This document shows positions 23,840 through 37,939 of a stretch of DNA of 64,000 nt, piece by piece. Location: NCBI GenBank assembly GCA_001643675.2, contig LSRY02000021.1:930001-994000 (forward strand), written 5' to 3'. Position numbers and translations under genes: made by a program. Origin of the DNA: Monocercomonoides exilis PA203 (taxonomy: Eukaryota > Protista > Preaxostyla). The notes under the pieces were generated by a model. The model worked only from the letters and a program-made list of their open reading frames with translations, was not told the origin of the DNA and did not search any database. How positions within the stretch are numbered: the stretch's first letter is position 1; each line of letters starts with the position of its first letter.

Positions 23840-24530
23840 AAGCTTGTTGAATTAGAATTGTATTGAAGGAGATGACAGAAATCGTTCAAAGCCATTAGTA
23901 CATCGCAACATGAAGCTCCTTGTCTATAAGTCTATTTGGCAGTTTTTTTATAGGCAGGGTCCTCTGTGAAAGAAGTTTGGAAGAACTTGTCTCCAATGAG
24001 ATGCATATTGCAACAGAGGCAGGAATAGAATTGTCAGAGTTTGTGAAGTGCGCGAATTAGAAGAAGAACGGAAATGTGAAATGTGTTAAAGAAGACAAGA
24101 TTGGCATCGAGATGACTCATTGCAATGAAGCATGATGCCCACTAATGCTGTGAGAAGAATGAAGAATTTGGAGTGGTTGTGGGCATTATTGCGAGAATGT
24201 TGAGGGAAGCGAAGGGTGATGATGGAGAAATCAGCAAGCAATGGATGAATAATTTTCAAGGCGCAGTGGATAACCAAGATGTGAAAGCTGAAAGCTTGCC
24301 AGAAAGCAGAGCCACCGATGCAGTTTTGGAGGGAACGATCTGATCAGATGGAGCAAAAGTGTGACTTGCGGATGAATTGAAGCTTCTGAGAAATCTTAGT
24401 GAAATGCTGAAAGAAAAGACGGAGAGTGAAAGCCTTAACGCAAAACTGAAAAAGAGGAAAAGAGAGTTATTGAAAAAGATGGAAGAAGAAGGGAACAAAG
24501 AATGCATTGTTGCGTCAGGCCGATGCTTTG
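23840..24530 (+). pseudogene. Decayed member of an oxymonad-expanded helical-repeat hypothetical protein family
   Basis: Broken frames with ..ERSLEELVSNEMH.. and LKEKTESE...KRKRELLKKMEEEG motifs. These resemble a family I recall from Monocercomonoides proteins. Multiple stops and frameshifts. Confidence 0.5.
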
Positions 24531-25121
24531 TTAATGGATCGCTTTTTTTTCTTTTCTTTTCTTCTTATTTTCTCTTTCAAAGACCTGAACATTATTTTGT
24601 TCATTGCTGAGAAAATTATAATTATTATTGTCTTAAAATTTTGCTTCATTTGCTTTTGAGCAGAACAGTTGTTTGCATAAATATTAAAGGAATATTTTTT
24701 TTTTTTGAAAACAGTTAGTTTAAAAACTGAAACTTAAAAACACGAGTCTTTTAAAGTATTTGGCATCTTCAAAAATTCATTGAAACAACATTTTTCTATC
24801 ATAATATGTGAAACTTTTTGCTTTGAACTTTCACAAGAGAAAAAATTTAAACAGTCATGTTTTGAGAAAAAATAAGTTCTTGTGTGAAGTATTTTCTTTT
24901 TTTAAAAAAAACATTCGAAAGAATTATGAATTTTGAAAATCGTATAAATATAGGGACTTCAAAGCTTCTGTGGCCTTTTTTTGCTTTTTTTGAACAGAAT
25001 TTTTTCGTCTCAATTAAACTTGCGTTAATTGAATTTTGTTTCCTCTATGATCAGTCGTTGAATGCCTGTTCGTAGCTTCACTTCATCAACCGCAGACTTG
25101 ACAATTATCCCACAACTTCTA

Positions 25122-25981
25122 TCAATGACCTCTCATTTTTCTTTTGGTATGCTCTATGAATGAAAAGTTCCCAGTTTCTGCAAGCCACATTACCGAATAA
25201 GATGAATAACTTGTCGATGAATTGCAATTAATCTTTTCGAAATTCATTCCCAAATGGTTTGTCGATAATCTGCACACTTCTTCTAGTTTTGATGATGAAG
25301 AAGACATAGAAAGTGAACTCGTCCCAATCACACTAACTGTCTTCGCTTTCTCAACGACAGAAATCTTCTTTTCCCCAACATTGATCGTCTCCCCTTCGCT
25401 CACATGCCTTCCACCCAGCAACGTGATTGTCGAGCTCAGCTGCACCATGCTCGACTCCTCTGCATACCCCACTGTCTTGCCAGGTGCTGCCTCACTCATC
25501 CCACATAGATTGTTCGTGTCGTCCACACTCACCCCGACATACCGATCCTTCATCCCTTCCTTCAGCCAATCCTTCTTTTCTGTATGCTGAGGCACCCAAC
25601 TGCTTCCATAATAATATTGGTGGCACACTCTCTTATCATTAGTATTTGTTGTGTACGATTCATAAAAAGGATTGTTCGATGAGAAGAGATTGTATCGATC
25701 TTCAAAATACACATCGTGGCCATATGGAGTGGAATTACTGCAACTGCAATCGTTGAAGAAGAGAAATAACAATAAGTGTAATTGCTTTGAAGCTGTTTGT
25801 TGGTTTGGATTAAACCAAAATCCTCTACCATTCGATGCTGCCAAACACGATATAAATTGGAAGCTCCTCGTTTTGAATGAAGACTACACATTGAAACAGC
25901 GCATTTCTCCTCCATTTGAACTTGAAAGTATGCATGAAGAAAACGAGCACTTAATTTATCAAGCTCTCTCCCACTTCCCAT
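25122..25981 (-). pseudogene. Frameshifted fragment of the Cys-rich membrane protein family
   Basis: YGHDVYF...KKDWLKEGMKDRYVGVS.DDTNNLCGMSEAAP.KTVG matches the GHDI...CG..PC motifs of the 40617 gene. Overlapping frames, no start or TM. Confidence 0.7.
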
Positions 25982-26568
25982 TCACAATTCCGAAACAGAT
26001 TTTCAGATCTGAAAATTTTCGAGAATAAGTCGTTTTTCGTAGCTTCTTTAAATGTTAAATTTTCATACAATTGCGAAAATGTAAACTTCGAAAAAATATG
26101 TGGATTGTTCTCTATTTCATCGATTCATTAACATTTCTTCTTTCAACTTATTTCACTCTTCAAATTTTGCATTTCATCATCATATGCCCAGACTTTCGTA
26201 AACTTCATCTTTCCTTTTTGAAGAATTCATGACTGCAGCAATGCCTCCAATCCTTTGATTCAGAATTTCAAGCTTTCTTTTTTCATTAAAGACCAAAACT
26301 GTTTGACAAGAAAAAATCTTAAAAGATTTTATGAGGGAAATTATATGAAATAAAAAATACTCCTACTACGTTATCCACATATTTATTTTGACGAAAGAAG
26401 ATCATAATGTTTTGTTGAGATTATTATTCGAAAATCTTGAAAATTGATAAAACACTTGATTAGAACTGAATTAACAATTTCAGCCATGATGAACATTTGA
26501 TATTTGAAACAAACAATTTTTATCAAGACAAATAATTATGTACAAATTTGTTATTCAAATGTTCAAAA

Positions 26569-29500
26569 TAGGCCTTTGCGACAGACCGACATTTTTTCAT
26601 CAGCTCGACAAGTCGACCGACAAAACAGTTCACTGGTATTTAATTTTAAGTTCAATGAAAAAACATTCAAATTTAAATATTGCTTTTTTGTTTTCATTAA
26701 GTTATATTTATAATTATTTATAAAATAAAATTTCACAAGATTCGAACAAACAAATATGTTTAGTTTTTTGAAATTTTAAATATTCAATGGGTTATCGACA
26801 GATCTTTATCGAGATCAGTCGAACGATAAAGATCAGTCGGAAGAAAGATCAGTCGGCATAAAAGATCAATCTATCGAACGAATGTTCTATTTTGAAATCG
26901 TTTTGTCTTTCAAACATTGTTTTTTTATTTATTCTATTCAAAGAAAATAATTGTGAATAAGCATTAAAATATGACAGAGATAGAATTTGTGTTTTTGATA
27001 TATTTTTCGATATTTTCATTCGTTTAATGACACATTTTGTTTCGCACTTTATCTGTTTATGTATTAATGTTCAAATAATTGTTATCCATAAAAATGAACT
27101 GAACTAAAATCCATAATTATATATTTTTTATTTTGTTTAAAAACACAATATTCCTGTCAACCGCTGGAAAAGATATGTTGAATGTTTAACTAATATCTTT
27201 GCTTTTAAGTTTGAATACGAAGGGCAGGATATAGATATTTGACAAGTTGTCAATGCTTGTGAAGATATTTTGATATTTATTGTGATAATTTGAATTATTT
27301 AATTTCGATTTCAAAAGGAAAAGAGACTCATTCAAATGGAAATTACAAGAAGAAGTGAAAATATGAAGATGATCACAATTCAATATTTTTTTTTACGGAA
27401 GAAAGAAAAAGAAAAAGAAATTACTAAGATTTTGAAGAAGATAAAAAAAGTTACATATTCATTAAAGAAGAAAAAGATGAATTGTGCGTTCATAAAGTAT
27501 CTGTGCCATAGAAATGGTTTGTGTGCTGAACAAGAAGATCCATTGCTGAAGCTTCTGAAGACTTTGAGATGAATAGGAGTCAGCTGCGGGCCATCGATTT
27601 CTTCAATAAGAGAATTCGCACACAATTTAGCACAAGCACTTGCACATACACAGCAAGGAATTTAAACATGGAGATGAAACTTGATTTCATTTTGATACCA
27701 CCTGCGAAAAGAAGTCTGACTCCGTCTTATTCAGCTCAAAGTGCTCAATTTTCTTTTTCTTCTTTATTTATTTATTTTTTCGCCCAGGATTGCAGCAAGA
27801 GAAGTCCGGAAATGAGGTTTATCTATCTGTTTGTTAGAGGAATAATGGCTCTGCTGTATCATTCACAAAAGGAGCAGAGATACTGGTTTCATTCCAAGCA
27901 TCTCACTTCTCTCAATTTGTGGAAGCCATGCAAGGCTGTGCTGTTTGATAGTAGATATATACCAGGGAAAAGGAGATGATGGAGTTTGATCTGACAACAT
28001 GGCAGGTTCTGTTTTCCTTAAAGATAAACAACGAGATATTACAGCTGATTCAGGAAGTGAGGTGGTGTGCTGCCGAACCAACTGGGGAGCAAAGGCGATG
28101 AGCAGCAGATGAACAGTCACATTGATTTTTGCGGTTTGTTTGTGTGCACACATCTTTGATCCAGTCATGCAGCCCAAAACCACATAAATGATTGTCTATT
28201 CGCACTTTTCACTGCAAATACACATGAGGCTGTATAATGATGTTATGAATCCGTCTCTTCTCTCTTCGTAGCCTGGGATTTGCTCCAGTGAAATACTAAA
28301 GAGCCTACAAAAAAAAGTGAGCTGCTGCTATTCCACAAAGCAAAGTTTATTGACTGCCGCCTCATGTTCCACTCACGCAAATGGATGACTTCAATAGAGG
28401 CAGAAAGCTTTTTGTTTTGAAATCAAATACCAGCTCAGCAGACGATTCTGCAGAAGGCTGCAAAAATGATAGCTTCTGGAACTGTATTAACTTCTGTCTA
28501 ACATCGTTTGTCTGCTTCTTTATCTTCATCCTTATCTTCTTCCTTTTCTTCTTCTTCAAATACTTCATTTTCCTCAAATTCTTCTATATCAACATTTTCC
28601 CTCAAGAATTCAGCTTGAAACAAACTTCGCTTCTTTTATTCAGAACCTCATCCATCATTTGTTTCTTTTCACTCACCGTTCTTCTCCTTCATCTTCTTCT
28701 TTCCTCTACAAAAGCCTTCCTTGTCCTCGTCTGAAAGTCCATCTAATAGAAGTCGATGAGTCGATGAGCTTCCATTCATAAGCCATCACTTCGGTGTACT
28801 GAATGGAAAAGATACAATGTTTGATCACAGCTTCTTACGATCCCATTATGAAAAGAGGATCATTTTGCACACTGAAAGTGGTTGGACGAGTGAGGCAGTC
28901 AATAGGCGAAAGAGACAAAACAGTTAATTCATCGAAAAATGAAGACGAGAATGAAGAAAAGAAAAGCAGAAACATAAATGCAAATACTGTGAATGCATCT
29001 CATTTAGGAAAAGGTTAAAGAAGGAAATAAGATGAATGTTAACAGAAAAGGAAAAGAGAAAAAGAAAGAAAGAAAGAAAATGTTGAAGCGATGAAGGAGA
29101 CTGATTGCGATGAAAAAAAAGCTGAAGAATGAAGAAAGAAAGATCGTGATGTGAAGCAAGCAATTTTTCGTGGGACGAGACATCGATCTCTCCAACAGTA
29201 ATGGGCAAAGCCATCAATTACATATCATCTCCATCTTTAACATATCCGTCTTCAACAAGCTCATTGTTATCTACTGCAGCTACGTGATAAATGTGTGGAA
29301 CGCAGCGGAAAGGTAAGGGAGTTTCATTACGTATTCCAGTGTTTGATTTCTATTCTGCATGTGTATCGATCAGAATGAGAGAAGGATTATTAGAGATGCT
29401 TGCGATGAGATAGTGTTTTTCACCCACTGTAACACTGGTGCTGCCTTGAGAGATGTCCATCATATTTTCCATCCTGCGTTAGATTTCCAAAAGGAAAAGC

Positions 29501-31948
29501 ATGTGATCTTACCGTTGAACGCACAGAAAATATTCATCTTTATCTGGCAGCGCAAAATGCACTTCTGTGAAGATCCCAAGTTGCTGCTCAAGTCCCACAT
29601 TGAGTCAAATGAAAACATCTATTAATTTATCGAAGGTTTGTAACTTCCACAGGCATCATTTTGGAATCGTTGTTTGTACATAATAGCTCTCAGGAGGAGA
29701 CATTGAGGGAGCACAGTCTGCTTCCACAAAGACTGATGGGTGAGCAGAATGAGAAAGTTCAGAAGGCTCCTTCTCCTTAAAGAATAGGCAAAATGCAGTG
29801 GGTTATTTACAGCCTATTCCTCCTTTTTCCTCTTCTGCCCCAACCCTCTCGCTTACAGTTGGATGTTCATTCGTTCAACATGAGTTGTAAAGCGTATATT
29901 CTTTTCATCATCTCACATCGCAAGCACAAGTGAAATAAAACAGATATATAATTCAGAACTCATTCGATGCCAACAATTCCATTGACAACTCGAGTGATTG
30001 TGTTGCGGAACATAGACAGCGGTTGGAAAATAAATGTTAAATCACATGATGAAAGCATTTGGAGAAGAAAGAAGAGGTGAGGAAAAAAAGAAAAAGACGG
30101 AACAGAAGGAAATAAAGATTCACGAGTTTTTTATGGGAAACTGAACAGAAGCAGAGGAGCGGAAGCTGATGAAGCAGACGAATAGAAAGAGGCAACGAAG
30201 ACAACAAAGGCGATCTATTGCTCAGCGGGAAAAGCCAAGAGCATTCTTCCGTTTGAAGAGAACGAATTAGGCAGAAAAAGGAGCCTTTTCAACTGGACGA
30301 ACTCGATTCTTTGTATTTGATGAAGTGCATCTCCTCGATTTTTTTAACGCACCAGAAGACTGTAGGTTCGCAACATCAGACGGAAGAAAAAATACTGTTG
30401 AACACATTTGGAATTAAATTAGCTTTATCTGCATCATTTTCTGCGCTTTCATTTACAATGTTTCCATATGACTCTCTTCCTTTATCTTTATCATTTTCTC
30501 GGACGTCAAAACAAATATTGATTTCACTGAACACAGACACATTCAGATTTCCATGCGAAAAAGGAACAAAATGCTTTACGACCTGCCTCTTTCTGCCTTC
30601 ATTTTTTCTTTCGAAACACCATCTTCACACTCTTTTTGAATGGCCACCTCCGGCTTTTGTTATTCTCTCAATCACTGATGCTAACAGACCTCGGAACTCG
30701 ACTGAAGGGGAAAGGAGGATTAATTGTTCTGTTCGAAATTCCATTTTCAACATGCAGCAGAGAAGGCAACCTAGCTGAAGAAGGCTCTCAATTAGAAGCA
30801 CAGACCAGAGGTGCAAAAGGAACATCTGCTTCTCGGAACAGCACTCAAAGTTCATATGCTTTCAACAATTCATGTAATACCAGTGCTCCGCTTTCGCCTC
30901 GTTTCAGTGAACGCTCAACTCTCTCATCTTCCGATGAATTGTCGAATCAGATGCATACCTCTCAACTCACTGTATCCTATCGGTTCAAACCATCTTTTCT
31001 TTTGCTGACTATCTTCTCATCAAAGAACAATAAGATACAATTTGAAGCACACAAGCTTCAAAACAGAAATTCTGTTTTACACAAAAAGCCACAGCTGTCC
31101 TGCTTTGCTTCTCTCCATGTGACTCGAACTCTTTTATGTTCACCACCTTTGCTGCTTCGTTCTCTTTCAGTTTGAACAAATAATTGATGCAAAAACTTCT
31201 GTTTGTCGCTTCAACATCTTTTCCTGCAACAAATGCAATCCAGCCATTTTTATTTTGTCTTCCTTATTGAAAAAGCTGAACCTTTTTCATCAAACCTGCA
31301 TTTACTTATCATCTTTCAATTGCCTATGCCATGAATAAAAAAAGTTCCATTGTTGGAAGCAAAATTACTTTAATTTGTCGGTCTTCAGATTGGTCATTTA
31401 ATGCTGCGGAAGTTCGGGAACAGATGACTCGAAACGTATTCACACAGCGCTGATTTATAATCCTTTATTTAATATTTTCCAAATAATCTGAACTGAATCT
31501 TAATGCTCTTAAAGATCTAATTATTGTTTTTGAATTTGAATTTGAATTATGCTTTGGGTTTGTATATGATTTTTGTGAATTATTGTTTCATCTTCCAATG
31601 AAAATTTCAGAATTACTAACGAAAAGTTGAAATAATAAAAAAATTGATTGATGACGTTTCAGAGAAAAGATGCTTTTGAAAAAGAAAGACTTTTTTTCTC
31701 GTTCAAGAAAAATGAGTATCAAATAAATATTCCATTCAAAATTGGGCATAGCGATTTGTCAAAAACACAAAAAGATAAAAATTCTTTGTTAATCACAAAC
31801 AAAGAATTTTTATTTTGAAATAATAAAAGAGTAAAAAAATAAAAAAGTTTTAAATATTTATTAATTGAAAAAAAAATAAAACTCTCGACTCAGTCCGAGT
31901 TTTTTGATTGACACGCATCGCTAAAAATTACCTTGTCGCAAAGGCCTA
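26569..31948. mobile_element. 5380-bp hAT-like DNA transposon (decayed/non-autonomous)
   Basis: Perfect 15-bp TIRs TAGGCCTTTGCGACA / TGTCGCAAAGGCCTA. 8-bp TSD GTTCAAAA at 26561-26568 and 31949-31956. Subterminal GATCAGTCG repeats. Possible TADSG...LCAHIFD remnant at 28041-28160. Confidence 0.88.
26810..26875 (+). repeat. Subterminal (AAA)GATCAGTCG repeats of the hAT-like element
   Basis: Three exact GATCAGTCG copies plus one degenerate copy at ~16-17 bp spacing. Confidence 0.7.
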
Positions 31949-32599
31949 GTTCAAAATCAATTCAAAACAAATATTTTATTGAAACTTTAAATATGCTTTA
32001 TTTAAAAAAATATCTCGATAAAAATGAAACAAATGCAAATTGTGAATATATTAGATGAATTGTGAATAGAATTTTTTTATTTGAATAAATTCATTTTATT
32101 TGAATGAACTGGGTTTTTCTTAAATGATATCATGTTATTTTGAATGGTTGAAGTGACACTTGAATAAAGAGCGATACATTTAAATAAAGTTTTTATGAAA
32201 AAGAAGTGAACACTTATTATAATATTTTCACGTTTATTTTTAACTTTATCAACAAATAAATTGAAAAATTCTAAAAAACTGAGATTTTTCATTTTTCTCA
32301 AACAATATTTGATATATATTTAAAGAAGATTTTTTTTGACAAAAAGAATGTGAAATATCGAAAATTAATAATTTATTCTTGTTATTCTGTTCTATTTTCA
32401 ACTTTTTTACTTTTTTTGATCTCTGAGTAATTAAATATGAAAAACAATAATTTATTTCTTTTAAAGTTCGTGGAGTAATCTACAACAAATAAAGCATATA
32501 AATTTGAAGCGCTCAGTCGAGTTGACAGGTTGAAGCTGTTTTCATCTTTGTCACTTTCTCCGTTGAATGGATATATTTCATTTTCATAGATCGATTTTT

Positions 32600-35361
32600 T
32601 TAAAGGCCACTCTTCATTTATCTCTTTTCCTCTTATTCTATTCTCTCCTCCACTGCTCCTCAGGTGACATCTCCATCGTTACCATTTCATATGTCTTATG
32701 ATCCTTTCTGATGTTATCATTCACAATCTCTCTCAGATCATCTGCTTCATTCTTCACTTTCTTCCATCGAACAGCCAGAATAGCAACAATTGCAAGCAGA
32801 AGCACTGCAAGTACAACACACACAATCTCAACAATAGGCCAAAAATGATTTTTCTTTCTTTCTACCTTCGGCAATCTTTTCAAATGCCTTTAGCTCAGAT
32901 TCAATTCTATTCTTTAGGATGATTGACTCCGCTCATGAAAGAGAATCAATCTTTCCAAACAAGATCTTTACAGATACTTACGTTTCCTCAGATGCATTGA
33001 AATAATTGATGCTGGAATGGCTGCATGAATCTCTATTTCACCTGCAAACTCTTCTGACAGACGCGGAGACACCTGGAGCTTGTGAATCATTCCATTTAAT
33101 GAATCAACTTGGAGAGCAAAACCTCGGGGCAGAAGCAAGGAACCATAAAGATCAATTGAAAGAGTGCTCCCTTACTAGCGAGATATCACTGAATTCAGAT
33201 ACGGAATGAAGAACGGAGAGTCACTTTCTGAAGCGACTATAGAAAAATTGCATTCCTTAATTCAAGGCCCAAAGTGATGAGTTCTCTTGAAAGCCATCTC
33301 CGCTTTTCGGGCTTTGAATATTCAGAAGCGCATGACCAGAGCAGGCGATATTGTTCCTCATGGACGGATAACCCACTGCACCCGGCTGTTGTTGACAAAT
33401 AATACAAAATGAACGGAAATGCTTCCGCCAGAGATCGACAGCCATCTCTTGGACGAATTGCCAATGCTCGTGTGTATTATTCTTCACGAGCAATTCTGAA
33501 GATCAACCATTGATCCAAACCACTGGTACAGCTTTTATAATGGATTGTTATTCAGTTCGAACTTTCGAGATCTTGCTTTTCAGTCAAGCACACACACGAA
33601 GACACGTGAGTATATTTCAAATCAACCAACACTGAAATGCAACATTTTTCAGTGTGCGAAGCGCACTTCTTGTCTGAGCAGTTCTCCAATTCCAGCAACA
33701 AGGACGAAGTTAAAGATGCAAAACAGCACCGGATAAGCGAATCTCGGGCAACATTTTGATATGATGACTGCTTCATCCAGAAAGATGAGTCATTCTACGT
33801 CACGCTCACTGTGCACCCATTCTCAAGCATCGTGTTAGAAATTGCCAACAAATTCACCTCCACATCTGAATCTTCGCATTCGACGGAAAGCAAAGATTCA
33901 TTTGATACTAGTGTATCGTCGAATTCCAGGTTGCTGCACCTGATGTTCGAATGTCCTCCTAAACCATCTGAGCAAAACGCAATCATGCTCGATCCGCTCT
34001 GGGTGCCTCTCATCTGAATGTTCTGGAGCTGACAGTCTTTGCAGTTGCGAAGAATGAGGCCTGATCGCTGAGCGCTGCAATTGGATATTAGCACTTGCTG
34101 CGTATAGAGGTTTGCCAGATTGCGGAAGTCCAACAACACAGCAGAATTTATATTTGAAATGTTCAAGTTCATAAATGAGCAATATTGTTACACTCTTGTT
34201 GCTACACACGAAGAACTGAGACGGAGAGAAGCAAAAGTGCATCCGTTGATCGACAGCCTCCCATTCTCCACAATAATGACAGAGCAGTTCAGCCTCGTTT
34301 CAGTGTTTCCGCTCCAATCTTCTTGAGCAAATGTTGTATCTACAATCGAAAAGTTGCCATCTGTCAGCAACAGCAAACTGCAATGAGAAGAAGAAAAAGC
34401 GCTGCCAAACAAAAACAAAAGAAATTCCTCTTTCACTCTCTACGAGCATGCAACAAGACTGCTCCTCTTGCTTCTGATGATAAGGTTCAGCACAATATTC
34501 CCTCTTACACCTTCCAGATCCAGAGACTTGATCGAGACATCGCAAGTACTTGTTTCCTATGCCATCACACCCGTTTGTCGATCAGCAAATTGCTGTAAAC
34601 TGAAGGAATGATGTGAGACAATGCAATATTCAAAGAAGAGCAGGGCGCACTGACAGCTCCGCATTGGCGTGAATCTGAGGTGTTGTCTGCTGAAGAAGAG
34701 GCAAATATTGTCTCGCTTTGATACACAACCATAAGCAGCAACAGATCTTGCTCGTCCGAATAGTCTTGCGCGGTGCATCCCCACATGGCAAGATCCCGAA
34801 CAAACGGAGGTCTGAAGTCGAGCTGGAAGAGCTCAATGCTGATTTGTGATTTGATATTTGTGCATCTCACATACAGATCTCGTCCTGTGAGCGCCTTGTT
34901 GTTCATGAACTTGGTGTTTTTCAACAGGAAAAGAAGCAGGCAATCTCTTGTGATCAAAGCGCAATCCAGGAATACAACGCCTCCTCTTCTTGTTGCAGAA
35001 CAGAAACATACAGAGATAGCTGAAAAACTGCACTCGAAAAATCCTCCTTCGTTCAATTTCATGATCAATTCTCAACCGCTCTCGCTCTGTCTACTTCCAC
35101 AGTTCCTGATCGATGCGTTTTGCATAGACACGCTGGAATGTTCGCCACCAGTGCAGCTAATGATGGAATGCTCAGATGGTGCATTTTTGAGGAGCGAATG
35201 GAGCGTGCAGCATTTCAGTTGCACTGTTGGACTGCTGCCTTCATTTAATTCCTGTGGCTCGCCTTTCCACTCAGCCTGCTCCAACACTGCAACAATGCTT
35301 CCGAACATCAGCTCCATGTTACCCATTGATACATTTGTCAAGTCAATGCTGCTTCCATGTA
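32600..35361 (-). pseudogene. Pseudogene of the Cys-rich receptor(-pseudokinase) family, 3' part; interrupted by the pogo element
   Basis: Fragmented frames with RGGVVFLDC, GRDLYVRC..I..QI..ELFQLDFRPPF, QCG....PCSSL, RNNIAC, a TM segment and DLREIVNDNIRKD.K.YEMVTMEMSPEEQWRR, all matching the 40617 gene. Many frameshifts. Truncated before the kinase-like part. Confidence 0.88.
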
Positions 35362-35400
35362 CAGTCAGTGCCAAAGCCGATCCTTGGTGCGTAACCCGAA

Positions 35401-35404
<4 letters not shown>

Positions 35405-35438
<34 letters not shown>
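35405..35438 (+). repeat. (GA)n microsatellite inside the pogo element, next to the TIR
   Basis: About 17 GA units. Confidence 0.9.
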
Positions 35439-35441
<3 letters not shown>

Positions 35442-35673
35442 CAATCATTTTTCGAAGTTGAAAAAAGTATTTCTTGAATAAAAGACAAAATATATTTAAC
35501 TATTCGTTGAAACCAGGTATTTGGCAAAATATTTAGTAATTTTCAAATGAAATAATTAACAAAGAAAATTCATTTTGTTTTTGTTTTATTATTGGCATGG
35601 TCAAAAAATAATCGATATGAAGCAATTCTTTAAAAAGAAAACTTCTTGTTAGTTCTTCAAAATGATGTGAAGG

Positions 35674-37579
35674 CTAGAGTTTTGTTCTGCAGTTGAATTT
35701 TGAGTAGTATGTTTCTCTTATGCGTTTCTCTTTCGAATTAAATGAAGGAGAAATTTCTCTGTGAGGATGATCGAAACATTTTATATCGTTGCAAGAAGTT
35801 GATTTCACTTCTTTTTCATCGTCTTTGAGTATTTCAATCATTCTCTTTGCTTTTTTTCTCGATAACTTTTTTTCCTTTGCTGGTTCTTTATTCAACATTT
35901 CATTAAGTTCTTGCCTACTATGTTTGTTCTTTCGTTTCATTTCAGAAGAAGATGAAGTTGGTTTTCTAATTTTCGTCAGCTGTTTTTGAAGAAAATGTAA
36001 ATGCTCTTTTGTTGATTCAATTTGTTTCATTAGCTCTGAATCATCCATCTCTTTTGCTTCTTCTAATGATTTTTCTTCAGTGGAGTTTTCGTCTGTGGAA
36101 AATTTTATTGTTGAATTTATACTGTGATCATCGATAAATGTTGAGCGTTCTTTTGTTATTTCAGAATCGTGGAGAGATGAATGTTTTGAAGATTGTAAAG
36201 AAGATAATTGTTTATCGCTATGAGGAGAATAATTCCCAAACAACTCTTCTCTCCAATCTTGCGAGGATTCAGAAGTGTCAGAATTGAATTTATGATTTTG
36301 GATGGGGGACCCAGATATGCGATCCAAGACTGGAGCAGCTGCAACAGGCCAGACGCCTGTTTTTATGAACGCTGCTTTTATAGTCGAAGGCATTACCGCA
36401 GCAGCAACTGCTTCAGGGAGTGTGTCGGCAAGGGAAGATCTGTATGAATGAATCGAAAACGGAACAGGAACGTGAAATTTATTGTAAAGAGTTGTTTTCA
36501 AACGAGAAAAGATGCACGAGTCGCACGGTTGTAATAAATGGGTCATATTTGGTGGAAAACACTTCAAAATGATATTGTGTTTCTCTGCAAAATCTGCAAC
36601 AGAATTGTCTGAATGAGTTCCATGATTATCCATTAATAACAGGGCTTTATGTGTCGATGTTGGTTTCACTTTAGAGACAATCGCAGGTATCCAAAAATTG
36701 ATCATGATGTTTTTAAATATTTCTTTTGTTATCCAACCGGATGAAGAAGGAAGAACTTTGATGTCGAACGCCGAAAGTGATGAAAATTCTTGTGGCAAAC
36801 TTTTCATGGGCCAAAGAAGAAATCGTTGAAGTGAAGAACCATCTGCACAGACACACAGACACAAAGTTGAATTAGGAACTTTTGGAGGAGCTGTTGAAGC
36901 AGGCGGAATTTGATTTTTTAAACAAACAACCAGTTTGCTTGTGCTTTCACTTAAATTCAATGAAGATTCATCAAAATTAAATATACTCGATGAATCAATG
37001 TTATTCCTGCTAATAACTTCAGACAATTCTCCAAACCATTGTCTCACATTCTCTGGCGATTGTGCTGCTATTTTTAATAACTCAATAGGTCTCGATACTG
37101 CTGCATGAATAATTTCACTTCTTTTTAAAAGTTTGTATGCGTTCTTTTCGTTGAGTTTTTTTGGTTCTTTATTTTCACCACACTCTTTTTCAAGAAAATC
37201 CGCACACTAAGAAAAATATTTCTGAAAAGAAAAAAAAATAAAAAATAAATCAAACCATGTTCTGGACATCGTGCACTTTAATTGTTTCTTTTTCTGATAA
37301 TTTGACAAGGACTTGATTTTCAATAATTTCGAGCTGGCGCGCGTTAATTGTTAGAGGATGCCCATCCACTCCAACATCTCTTCCTTCCTTCTCCGCTTTA
37401 ACACCTCTGAACCAAGCACCTTTGGAAATAATATTTTCGCCAACAACAGTTTGCCATTTCAGTGAATGATCACGGCGTATAGCAAATATCTTTTTGGTTG
37501 TTGAATGAATGGAACGATATTTGCTGGATGCGAGTTCGCGATGAAGTTGAAGAGGAGAAAGATATGTTGAGTTACTCAT
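35674..37579 (-). CDS. Pogo/Tigger-like DDE_1 transposase, ~618 aa, 2 exons
   Basis: FNFDES, GWIT, LLLMDNH.TH and PPNMTHLLQPCD motifs, with 35 residues between the last two Asp. Intron 37207-37255 (gtttga...ttag) joins the N-terminal exon in frame. Confidence 0.92.
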
Positions 37580-37939
37580 GACATATGGGGTATGATCAAA
37601 TGAACAATCATTGAAACTTTTGATTAGTGATGTATTTGTAAATTTTTATATGTTAATAATATGTTTTAATTTGCAATAAAACAAATATAAATATTTGGAT
37701 TTATTTCTTTTTGTTGTGAACACAAAAAATTAAAGATTCATTGATAACAAAAACGTCAGCCAAAAAAATGAATTGAGTTCTTGTTGTTTCTTTTAATTGA
37801 TTAATGATTATTTTAGATGCAACTGCCTTGGAAATATCTTCAAAAAATTTAATATGGAGATAAATTTACAGAAATGAACAAGATCAATGTTTATGCAAGG
37901 ATCGGGTTTCGCACCAAGGATCGGCTTTGGCACTGACTG

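Larger units (their letters stand above)
35362..37939 (-). mobile_element. Full-length pogo-family (Tc1/mariner superfamily, DD35D) DNA transposon, 2578 bp
   Basis: 38-bp TIRs CAGTCAGTGCCAAAGCCGATCCTTGGTGCG(T/A)AACCCGA with one mismatch. TA TSD at 35360-35361 and 37940-37941. Encodes an intact transposase. Confidence 0.95.

Noticed and set aside
26810-26875. Regularly spaced GATCAGTCG repeats as a CRISPR-like array
   Set aside because: Repeats and spacers are far too short, the context is eukaryotic with no cas genes, and they are explained as subterminal repeats.
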